Assembly: GCF_006345805.1 (NCBI RefSeq)
Contig: NC_042997.1
Location: 6,820,001 to 6,884,000, forward strand
Reading direction: 5' to 3'
DNA: 64,000 bases
DNA from: Octopus sinensis
Lineage: Eukaryota
Below are positions 41,056 to 52,969 of this stretch, one piece after another; position 1 is the stretch's first letter; the number at the start of each line of letters is the position of its first letter. A model generated the notes under the pieces. The model searched no databases, was not told where the DNA came from, and was given only the letters and a program-made list of their open reading frames with translations. A program made the position numbers and the translations under genes.

Positions 41056-41899
41056 TTGTCAATAATTACTCATATATATATTTATCGACCCCACCAACTT
41101 TTACATATCTTGGCCATTCCTTCATTCTCACCACTTCCCCGCCTCCTTTACCTCACTGTGTCCCTTATCTTTTTTCTGTCTTACTTGTCCCTCTCTGATT
41201 CTTCAATCCCTCTACCACAACCACACTCCTCTCCTTCCACGTGACTGATGTTCGTCCAAGCCTGACCTTTCTCTCTTGGTTCGACTACCATCCGTGTAGC
41301 ATCCCTTATATTCCTTCCCATAACTTTCATATATGTACCTGCCGTAAGGCTTCACTTCTCCACCCACCCGCATAATTTAATTCGTCCTTATTTGAAAGAC
41401 ACCCGTTGGTTATATTTGTAATTGTGTACCTTTTCTCCGTTATTTTGTCCGACCTTGTTTTCGTATACACTCTCTTGAATCTGCTGCTGTTAGCTTATAT
41501 TTTCTTGGGGTCGGCCAGATTAACGCAGTTTCGAGAGTCCCGAAACTGAAGACACGATATGGTACTCGAACAAAGAGTAAAAGTAGATAGAATACAGACA
41601 AGGGAGTAAAGTTCACAGTTCCTCTTTTTCCAGGTGGGCTATACTCCCGTGATGATATAGGCCCTTAGGTATAATCCTAGGTAAACCCAGGCACTATTTT
41701 GGCTGTGTTTTGGATGATGCTTTCACGTTGAAATAATGGATTTATTCGTAATATATTCCAACGTCGACCATTTATGTACTATGCTATCACTTAGGATATC
41801 CCAGAAACAGCTGTAAGACTTCAAATTCACCTTACCCATCTTAAATTATTAAATGACTTCAGATACTCGTCTTGCCTTGGTTTTTGTTGTCCTTTTCCT

Positions 41900-42250
41900 C
41901 TAATGTATACTTGCTAACACGGAAGCCTAATACGCATCATTAGCTCCAGCCTCAGCTTTGAAACGGGAATCCAACGGATGATCAATTATAGCACTTAGCG
42001 TACGTATTCGTTTAGATCGCCAGTGATTTAAACCCCGCATATTCTTATACATGTACATATAAATGTAACCACACGTGGACAGTTGGCAATTATTCTTTCC
42101 GTCTTCCTTTTCTCTTGAACTTTCCGCTGTCTCCTGTTTCTGAAGAAGTGCTTTGCTCGCAACGTAAAACACACTTTCTTTCCTTCCGTGAGCGTCCTAT
42201 TAATATTTTGCATGTACCACGTCCTCACGTTGTTGCTTTTTTTTTCGATG
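41900..42250 (+). mobile_element. Penelope-like 3' end remnant with mutated minimal hammerhead (42136-42170)
   Basis: gttt-CTGAAGA-agtgctttgctc-GCAA-cg-TA-aaac: hammerhead geometry with GAAA changed to GCAA. Upstream 'gatttaaaccccgc' weakly resembles the GLN end of a GIY-YIG domain. Confidence 0.45.
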
Positions 42251-42379
42251 ATATTTGTTATTCATTATATCTATCTATATACCTATTTATCTATCTATCT
42301 ATGTATCTATATATCTATCTATCTATATATCTATCTATCTATCTCCCTAACTATCTAACTACACACATACATATATATA

Positions 42380-42411
42380 TATATACACACACACAAACAC
42401 ACACACACACT

Positions 42412-42500
<89 letters not shown>
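42380..42500. repeat. (CA)n + (TA)n
   Basis: Direct inspection. Confidence 0.95.
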
Positions 42501-42501
<1 letters not shown>

Positions 42502-42699
42502 ATTACGTCTGTACACTACTTTTCGTCATTTGTGTGAGTAATTATGATTGTGTACACATTTCACGGACACAAAAGGCAACAACCTTTTGATTCTTGAGTA
42601 TGCATGATGTTTCTCTAACTTTGTTATTTCAACTTGATTGAAAATAGTCTCCATAATGTGTCAGCTTCCGAGCACTGGTTTTCCTATTAGTTCTGCATA

Positions 42700-43531
42700 C
42701 GACTGCGTATACAAATGTTAGAAGCAACTTGGTACGACCGTGAGGCATGAGTCTGACGACCGGTATCGTCGGGTGATGTCATGCTGCTTCGTGGTGGGAC
42801 TTTGTTTTGCAGTGCTTTTGTCTATTCGTCGACTGTTACGATTACTAAGAAGTAGAATCGGCGTGCTTCACTGAAATTCTGATTTCTACTGGGAAAATGG
42901 CGTCCGAAACAGTTGTCATGCTTCAAACAATTTATAAAGGTGCTGCCATGAGCAAATCACAAGTTTACGAGTGGTTTTCACGATTTAGGAACGGTCACTT
43001 GTCGATTAAAGGCCTACTTCGTTCAGGGCGACCATCCACCTCCCGAAAGAATGAAGATATCATAAAAATTCATGAAATGAACCTGGAGAATCTTCACCGA
43101 ACAATTGATGAACTTGTTGTTATGAATTTTTTGTCCGGTAGCTCCTGCCAGCACATTTTGTGCGAGGAAGTGCAAATGAGAAGAGCTGTAGTAAAATTTG
43201 AGCCTCGTTTGCTCACGGAAGATGAAAAGAAGTCACGACTGAATGCAAGTAGTAAACTGAAAGAGCAGCTGGAAATTGGTCCGGAACTTATTATTTTTTT
43301 TTTTTTTGAAGTTCATCACTGGTGACGAAAGCTGGTGCTACGGAACTTGCAGATATGGAAGAGATGAAGAAAGAAACGACGGAAGCGTCAAAAGGTTTCA
43401 CTTCATAACAGTTTCAGCGTTCCTTCGAACAGTGTTAAACGGAGAAGACTTTGTAGGCGACAAATGTGTAAACATGTAAAACCAAGTGATTAAAATTTGC
43501 AAAATTCCGGTTACTTTTCGATATTCCCGCG
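42700..43531 (+). mobile_element. Internally deleted mariner transposon
   Basis: ORF 42897-43325 has mariner N-terminal motifs (MSKSQVYEWFSRFRNG...RSGRPSTS...TIDEL...KFEPRLLT), frameshifted into FITGDESWCYG (first catalytic Asp), then jumps to C-terminal-like sequence. Right TIR attccggttacttttcgatattcccgcg-TA; degenerate left TIR after TA at 42698. Confidence 0.88.
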
Positions 43532-43782
43532 TATTTATATATCCTTCTATTATGTTTTTTGTCTCATTTTAGTTTTCTATTTGATTGTTTTTATACTTTG
43601 CTCTTCTTTACTATAGGGATTGTTTCTAATTTCAATACGCTCATGTCGGCTATCCCTCTTTCAAGATATTTCTATTTTGAAACTATTTTTGTTATCATTT
43701 ACCAGTTGGGTGTATCATGTTGATTATATTGTATTTCTTCTCCTAGTCGGCCTAGGCCATTGTCCGACCAGTTAATCTTCAT

Positions 43783-43785
<3 letters not shown>

Positions 43786-43834
<49 letters not shown>

Positions 43835-43837
43835 GTA

Positions 43838-43899
<62 letters not shown>

Positions 43900-43907
43900 T
43901 CATCATC

Positions 43908-43938
<31 letters not shown>

Positions 43939-43939
43939 G

Positions 43940-43971
<32 letters not shown>

Positions 43972-44040
43972 GCATCATCAGCATCATCTTCATCATCATC
44001 ATCATTATTATTATTGATATTATTATTACTATTATTATAT
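43786..44040. repeat. Compound (ATT)n(GTA)n(CAT)n array
   Basis: Direct inspection. Confidence 0.95.
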
Positions 44041-44089
44041 CGTATTGAATAGATGCTTTGATATTCTCAGACATATTTTCTAAGTGTAA

Positions 44090-45000
44090 GTTCTCTGTAT
44101 ATCAAAATGCCAGTATAACTGTTAAATTTATGTAAGCTCTGACCTTGTCAATCCTTAGCGCTTATTCTCTGTTGGCTTAGACTGGTTAGTCAGAGTTTAA
44201 GTGTGTGTGTGTGTTATTTAACATCTCCACTTTTTCAAGCAGTTCCAGTGTGCTGATTCATTGCATGCTTCCTGTTTCAGGATCGCAATACTTTGTTACT
44301 GTACTGCAGTCAGGAAATCTTCGGTGCGTACGTTGAGTTCTGCGATTCTCAGCTGGTGTCGAATTTATCTTTGTATATTAGAACTCTGTTTATCTTAGTT
44401 TAGTATTAGCATCATAACAGCTTTTGCTGCCCTCGTTTTACAATGGCGTTCTGTAGTCTCAAATCTAATGTAGATGTTATCTGTTCCAGCATGTTCTCGT
44501 TAATTTTCTTTTCTTTATAACCGCCATATTTTATTTGTTCAAACCTACGAAGTCAGAAATTATTACTGTTACTTTTTTTTATCTTGTTCCATAGTAATAT
44601 GTATAAATTTACCACGACTCTTTGTTAGATGTTTTTAGTTCTAAATAAGATATTTTGTAATTTTTTTTTCTGATTGTATAAGACTTCTCTCGCAGTGTGT
44701 TACGTGCAAATTTACTTCTTATCATGCGCTTTAGTGACGAAATTATTCTTAGATCACAAATAGTTCTTTTACAAGAAATGTAATAGACTGCATTATGGCA
44801 CTCTTCTGCATATCGACAATAATTTTTGTTTCCAATATCCTGCAGCATTTTAGGCAATCGTTCCCGCGGAGCGTTGAGTAAACTAGTACCACAGGAAATG
44901 TTTTCATACTTGTCATCAAGGTAACTTCGCCTATCAAGTTGTCATAATATTTTTCAATTTTGTTAGTTTACCTAATATTTCCTTTCGTATAGAAGTATCT
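44090..45000 (-). pseudogene. Very decayed R4/Dong-like RT fragment
   Basis: Colinear weak minus-strand motifs: IRSKFARNTL (~IRRGIFQGDTL), KFIHITMEQD (~KISHLLYMDD), RTEDFLTAVQ (~ETEGFLxAAQ). Confidence 0.45.
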
Positions 45001-45082
45001 GATTCCTGTTTACAGCAATTCCCCTTCAATTCATATATATATAAACTATTATAAAAGGGCAATGGATTCTTTCACTGTTACA

Positions 45083-45325
45083 ATCATCATCATCATCATC
45101 ATCATCATCGTCGTCGTCGTAGTCGTCATCATCATATTCATTATTATTATTATCATTACCATTATTATTATTAACATTATTATTGCCGTTAATGCTCTTG
45201 TTCTTTTTTCTACTTCCCCTTCCCCTTCCTCTCCTTCTTCCTCTTCATCTTCTCCTTCTTCTTCTTCTTCTTCTTCTTCTTCTTCTCTTCTTCTTCTTCT
45301 TCATCTTCTTCTTCTTCTTGTTGTT
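45083..45325. repeat. Compound (ATC)(GTC)(ATT)(CTT) array
   Basis: Direct inspection. Confidence 0.9.
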
Positions 45326-45327
45326 AA

Positions 45328-45660
45328 TGTGGTGAGCTGGCAGAACCGTTAACACGCCGGGCAAAATGTTTTGCTCTATTTCGTCTGTCATTATGTTCTG
45401 AGTTCAATTTCCACTGAGGTCGACTTTAGCTTTCATCCTTTCGGGATGGAGGATATAAATTTAACCACTCCCCCAAATTTGAGGTATTATGCCTAAAGAA
45501 GAATGGATTATTATTATTATCATTGTTGAGGCACTGAGCTTGCAGAAACGTTAGCATGCCTGGAAAATTGTGAGCGGCATTTCGTTCGCCACTACTGGGG
45601 TCGATTTAATCGACTACTCCTCGCCTCCAAAATTCAGATCATGTGGTTTTAGTAGAAAAC
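45328..45660 (+). mobile_element. Two tandem SINE family B copies (45328-45506; 45528-45660, the second internally deleted)
   Basis: gagctggcagaaccgttaacacgccgggcaaaatg...gaggtcgactttagctttcatcctttcggg; second copy gagcttgcagaaacgttagcatgcctgg...ctggggtcgatttaatcgact. Confidence 0.8.
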
Positions 45661-45661
45661 A

Positions 45662-45713
45662 TTCTTCTTCTTCTTCTTCTTTCTTCTTATTCTTATTATT
45701 ATTATTATTATTA

Positions 45714-45764
<51 letters not shown>

Positions 45765-45790
45765 CATTATTATTATTATCATTATTATTA

Positions 45791-45828
<38 letters not shown>

Positions 45829-45855
45829 CATTATTATTATTATTATTATTATTTA
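45662..45855. repeat. (CTT)n/(ATT)n array
   Basis: Direct inspection. Confidence 0.95.
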
Positions 45856-46369
45856 TTGTCTTTTCTGCTAAGAGATTACTTTTATCAGTAGGAAATGTAT
45901 TTTCATCGTTTCCTCTACTGCTTTCTCAAACACGTCTTTTGATAGCCTCGAGCTCTACTTCTGAGAACCAAAGTTTTTTTTGTTTTCTCATTATTGTAGC
46001 TTGATCACATAATTACTGTTCCATGAATTGGAACAATCCTCTTTCTTTCCCTTGATCATACATACGTTGTCGGTACCCTTATGATGAACACCAATTTCGT
46101 CTACAATTTATTCAGCTAGTAACACTCCATGGCCAGAACATTGATTTGTTTTACCATCTACGACGTGCGTGCTGGCTCCTTGCTGGATAACGACAGACTG
46201 GTGTCGGACCAGAATCTCTGAACCTGCAGGATATAACACTATCACCATTAAGGGCTCCAGTACCACCGTTATTCACAATATTTTTCTTTCATTGACGCAC
46301 TTTGATATAGCGAGTATCATCTTGCGCAATTACCAGTGTTTTATAGTAACACCATCACTACCTTCCTTT

Positions 46370-46580
<211 letters not shown>

Positions 46581-46717
46581 ATTAATATTTTCATTGTTTT
46601 CCTACTATTTGCCATTGCTAATATTTCCTCTCATTCGACATAAGCTTTAGCTAAATTATTATCATCGTTTTTACCACCATCACCATTATTATCATTATTA
46701 TAACAATATTATAATAT

Positions 46718-47042
46718 AGGGTGTGAGGCCGCTTTTGTCTCGTTACCGCACATGAATGTTCATTGCTGATCTAGTCTATCTTACTTCTTCAAACACTCAC
46801 ATACTTCTGATCATCTCAAGTACAAGACAAAAGTTGAAACTAAACAACATCCAATAATACATTTTAATAATGAATTATTATTTTAATAATGATCAGAAGT
46901 ATGTGAGTGTTCAAGGAAGCAAGATAGACAAATTGGTGAGTAGATCAAATTCCACAGATCTCTAATCTGATTTGGCAGATGGTGAAGAGATCAGCAATGA
47001 GCATTCCTGTGCGATAACGAAACAAAAGCGGCCGCACACCCT
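46718..47042. mobile_element. MITE-like foldback element
   Basis: agggtgtgaggccgcttttgtctcgttaccgcacatgaatgttcattgctgatct (46718-46772) pairs with 46988-47042; inner arms gtctatctt...acactcacatacttctgatcat / atgatcagaagtatgtgagtgt...aagatagac. Confidence 0.8.
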
Positions 47043-47344
47043 TGGTGTCAGTAGAAGTCAAATGTACTTAATTCTAATAGCAAACAATGAGAGCGCTGAC
47101 CTTGGCCTAAAAAAGAATCAAATCACCTTGTTCTATCTGTAATTATTGATAGAAAAATTATTACATATTTTATATTGATGTTCAACTCGTTGAATTTTTG
47201 AATTTCTGAATTTTTTTTTTCCTTTGAAAATTTACTTCGCTTTTTATAAATTCTGCTGTGAATTACGGTTTTTGTAATTGCACAATTTGTATGTATTGGT
47301 AGGTGCTTACCTCTTCAAAATTTGGTTTTTTATCGTGCATTTAA

Positions 47345-47840
47345 TTGTGTTGTTACAATAAGAGGAATGTTTACATATTCGAGTATTTAGGGAAAAAAGA
47401 AAGATAAATTTTCCACACCAAATTGTGGATATTAAACTTTTTTAATATTTTTGAGATGTTCGTTTGTATGTCTGAAAAGAGAAGAATGTAGTGTTTTTGC
47501 AATAGAAAGGATGTTTACATTTTAGAATACTCAGGGAGGAAGCAAAAACAGAAAAGGAGAGTAAAATTTTCATAGAATTAGATATTAAAATTTTAAGGTT
47601 TAATAAAGATGATTTTTTGTATGCCCGAACAGAGAAAACTGTAGTGTTCTTATAATAAAGAGGATATTTACATTTTCGAAGACACAAGGAGAAAGGAAAG
47701 GAATGAAAAAGAGGGTAAAATTTTCACAGAAAGTTTTAGATTTTACATTTTTAAGATTTACAAGGACGGTCTTTTATAATTCCACGCAGTGCTGTTAGAA
47801 TAAAAAGGATATTTAAATTTTCGAATACCCAGGGAGAATT
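47345..47840 (+). repeat. Degenerate ~145-bp tandem repeat, ~4 units
   Basis: Motif gtagtgtt..aata.aggat.tttacattttcgaa.ac.cagggag recurs at ~47347, 47488, 47641, 47786. Confidence 0.65.
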
Positions 47841-48102
47841 GAACGATATGTATTCGCAGAAGTGGAAGATAATAAAGTTTTTAAAGCTGATCGATTGTGT
47901 TTTCAACAACAATTTATATGTGAGATTCTTAACTTATTTTTAGGGAAATTTTAAATACTTATAGGAAATTGTAAATATTCCAGTCTTTGAGAGTTATACT
48001 TCAGCTGTCCTGCTGGGTTATATTAGTGTTTCTGTGTCCTCGGGTGCTGACTGGTCATAGCAGCAAAGAACACGTCCAGCCGCTGACAAGGATACCGCTC
48101 TA

Positions 48103-48169
<67 letters not shown>

Positions 48170-48190
48170 ATTATTATCAGTATTATTATT

Positions 48191-48845
<655 letters not shown>

Positions 48846-48863
48846 GTTGTATTATTATTATTC

Positions 48864-48901
<38 letters not shown>

Positions 48902-49013
48902 CATTGAACAGATTGCACTGCTGGAAATGAAGAGATGCCAAGAACCTTTCTATAGGGTTATCACCATCATCATCATCATCATCCTTTTCCTCATCGTTAA
49001 TGATACTATTATT

Positions 49014-49200
49014 AAGTCGGTGTGCCGGCAGTATTGTTAGCACGCCGGGTAAAAAGGCTCAGCAGTATTTCATCCATCATTATGTTTTGAGTACAAATTC
49101 CGCCAAAGTTGATTTAGACTTCCATCCTTCGAGTTCGAGAAAATAATCGACTATTTCTATCCCCTTACTTTTCAGAGCTTGCGCCTATAGTAGAAAGGAT
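49014..49200 (+). mobile_element. SINE family B, followed by (CAT)/(CTT)n (49200-49395)
   Basis: gttagcacgccgggtaaaa...caaattccgccaaagttgatttagacttccatccttcgag. Confidence 0.75.
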
Positions 49201-49609
49201 TCTTCTTCATCTTCATCATCATCATCATCATCATCATCATCTTCTTCTTCTTCTTCTTCTTCTTCTTCTTCTACTTCTTCTTCTTCTTCTTCTTCTACTT
49301 CTTCTTCTTTCTTCTCTTCTTCTTCTTCTTCTCCTCCTTCTTCTTCTTCTTCTCCTTCGTCTTCTTCTTCTTCTTCTTCTTCTTCTTCTTCTTTTTCCCA
49401 TTATTATTATTGTTGTTATTGTCGTCGTTGTTATCCTTCGATATTTCTTAGTTTCAGGCAAATTTCTACTTCATCTCCTGCTTAACATCTGTGTTGCTGA
49501 GATTCCTTGCATTGTCTTCTTGTTTTCTGTTGCATGGTATGTGTCCCTCTTCTAATTGGGATTTTTTTCAGACATTTGTCCAATTAGTTTTTGCATTATT
49601 TGTTATATA

Positions 49610-50015
49610 GGCGCAAGAGTGGCTGTGTGGTAAGTATATTGTTTACCGACCACATGGTTCCGGGTTCAGTCCCACTGCGTGGTACATAGGGCAAAATGCC
49701 TTCTACTACAACCTCGGGTCGACAAAAGCATTGTGAGTGGATTTGGTAGACAGAAACTGAAAGAAGCCCATCGTATATATGTGTATATGTGTGTGTGTAT
49801 TTGTGTGACTGTGTTTGTCCCCCCAAGATCGCTTGACAAAAGATACTGGTGTGTCTACGTCCCCTTAACCTAGCGGTTCGGCAAAAAAGACCGATAGAAT
49901 AAGTACTAGGCTTACAAATAATAAGACCTGGTGTCTATTTGCTCGACTAAAGGTGGTGCTCCAGCATGGCTTCAGTCAAATAACTGAAACAAGTAAACGA
50001 GAGTAAAAGAGAATA
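49610..50015 (+). mobile_element. SINE family A, full length
   Basis: ggcgcaagagtggctgtgtggtaag...ggttccgggttcagtcccactgcgtgg head through 'ctgaaacaagtaaa' tail. Confidence 0.92.
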
Positions 50016-50099
50016 TACATGTAATGCGAACTGTATACTTCTGTTGGGTATCCGACCTGTATCGCTCAGTTTGTGAGGCTTGTATATTTTATTGTTGAT

Positions 50100-50625
50100 T
50101 TACTGTACGGAGAAAGTCCTGTGCTTCAGAATTGTATTATTTGGTTTTTACTATTAAATTGATAATACCTTGTATAGCCCGAACATCTTACGACATAAAT
50201 TATGTTTTCTGAAGCACAAGTAAAATTAGATTTGATCTTGAATTTTTGTCCCTCTTTGCAGAGGAATTCTGATACTTCTAGAAGGTTTGGGCATGTTGCG
50301 CAGTTTGGTCTAGCACATTATTTTTACATATGCATCCGTAATTTCAGAAAACAATTTTACCTTTGTGAGAATATTTTTTAGTGATTTAGGTTGTTTGTAG
50401 CTTTTAATGATTTTATGTATGTTTACAATTTCCTTTAAATTGGGGTCCTTATGAAGCATTAGTAAATTCTGGGTTATGATGGTGTAGGCCTCTTTGTTTC
50501 TGGGGTTGTATGTGGATATATGAGGCAGTATTTTCGGGGGAGGTTTGTTGCTGTGTTGAACTTTTCTCAAAGACTCTATGTCGATTTCGGTTGTACGCTG
50601 ATTCCATCCTCTAGGAAGATGGAAT
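50100..50625 (-). pseudogene. Penelope-like element fragment: RT-EN linker and start of GIY-YIG endonuclease
   Basis: Minus strand ..[12 protein letters not shown]...[17 protein letters not shown].. then a frameshift into [46 protein letters not shown], the typical PLE 'PxNLxxxL...CxxC...FTCxSxNxIYxIxC' pattern. Confidence 0.8.
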
Positions 50626-50626
50626 C

Positions 50627-50860
<234 letters not shown>

Positions 50861-51900
50861 TATTTATAGATAGATAGATTGATAGATATATGTATGTATG
50901 CATTTGAAACGTAGTTTGTATATTCCTCTATGTTTGGTTGTTTATATTTTCTACTTATGTCCATATGTACACTGCAATTATTTCTTGGTTTTTCCTTTTT
51001 GCAAATTTAAACACACATTACCTATTCTCTATCAGGCTAATGGAGAGTAAGTAAATGTATTTTCCCTACCATATTTTGGTAGTTATTTGTAAAATATATA
51101 ATTGTAAAAATATTTTCGCTTAGTTATTACATTTTCCTTAATTCCAGTATTGCAGTATTTGGAAATGCTTCAGTGACGTGTGTGAAATATATGTGCGAAC
51201 GCAGAAATATTTTTCGAAGGTATTCTTTATGAACATTGCAATTATTTATTTTTTTTTTCAGTTTTGTCCTCCAATCATCAGAATATTGTACCCATTCCGT
51301 GCCAATCTTCAAAAGAAAACATAATGTACGCCATCTCATAATCATAATAGGACAGAATCAACAACCCGTTTGTGCAATTAATCTATCTAAAATTGTAAAA
51401 AGTATTTCAAATATTTGGTTGCTTTTCCAACAGATCACACGACGTGGTATATTTGTGCACGCATTTTCAGGTCTACACAATCTACGCTCATGTTTCTACA
51501 AACAATTATATATCGGTTTTAATGTTTTTTGTATATGCCTCGCTTCCTTCCAAAATCAACTCTTCACACACAAAGACACACACACACGTAGACACATACA
51601 CGCTGTGGCACACCGACACACATATACACACAAGACACACCCGGACAAACACATATATATGATATACGTATAACTCTGTCTGCAATGACATTTTACCTCA
51701 GCTCCACATTGCATACCGTTTCGTAGCTGCTCACTCGTTCTCAGATGACCCTGTACAACTTGTTCTTAAGCAATTACAATAACAGGTACTTTACCTAAGT
51801 GTCCTATATCTTACATGCATAAATTGCATACATGCACACATACATAAATGTATATATATATTTATATATGCATATATATATATATATATGTGTGTGTGTG

Positions 51901-51931
<31 letters not shown>

Positions 51932-51959
51932 TTGTTGTGTATGTGTGGTGTGTGTGGTG

Positions 51960-52001
<42 letters not shown>

Positions 52002-52004
52002 ATA

Positions 52005-52043
<39 letters not shown>

Positions 52044-52249
52044 TCTATATATATATATATCTATATATATATACTTATAAATAAGGGCAACGAAAATTTC
52101 TAATGCCAAATATGCCGAAGTTGGAAATTGTTTCCATTACCATATAATTTATCACAATACTCACGCTACTCGAAAAAAGGCCACAAATTTCAAATTTAAA
52201 ATATAAATATTAATATATAATATATATATATATTAAGAGAGAGAGAGAG

Positions 52250-52287
52250 ATTGATGGATGGATGGATGGATAGATAGATAGATGATA

Positions 52288-52380
<93 letters not shown>

Positions 52381-52395
52381 TGATAGATTGATAGA
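52250..52395. repeat. (GATG)n(GATA)n microsatellite
   Basis: Direct inspection. Confidence 0.95.
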
Positions 52396-52935
52396 TATGT
52401 GAACGTTCGTGGATAAGTGTTCAGGGTATTCGTCTCACGATCATAAGGACGTATGTACGCACGCACACACACACACACATATAAAGGTAGAACACTTGTA
52501 ATACGTTATGGAAAGCTCCTCTAGAATTATTGACTTCCTGATATAATCATATAGTAAAAATTTTATTGCTACTAGCTGTACATCAGTTATTCGATGGTAT
52601 ACATAGTCTTTATATTAAGAGATAAATGCACGGCGAAATGAGTATGCATTCTCATACTCAGCGAAATGTGAATATGATCCCAGGAAGGACGTATTTAAAC
52701 AATGACCCCAAAAAGCACGTCTTAATCCTTGAATGGATGATAGGTATTGCACAACATGTTAAATCTATAATCTCAGCAATGTACTGCAATTGTAAGAACG
52801 GGTTGAAATAATTTTAATGATTATAATTGAAATATATCGCTGAATCTATTTTCTATTCTCCTTTTCTATCTACTTATCTATCTGTCTATATGCCTACCTA
52901 TCTATCTCTCTCTGTATCTGCCTACCTACCTAGCA

Positions 52936-52969
<34 letters not shown>

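Noticed and set aside
46000-46330. Possible additional R4-like fragment (also 49450-49560)
   Set aside because: Motif similarity is too weak to support as a feature, although its position next to trinucleotide arrays fits.
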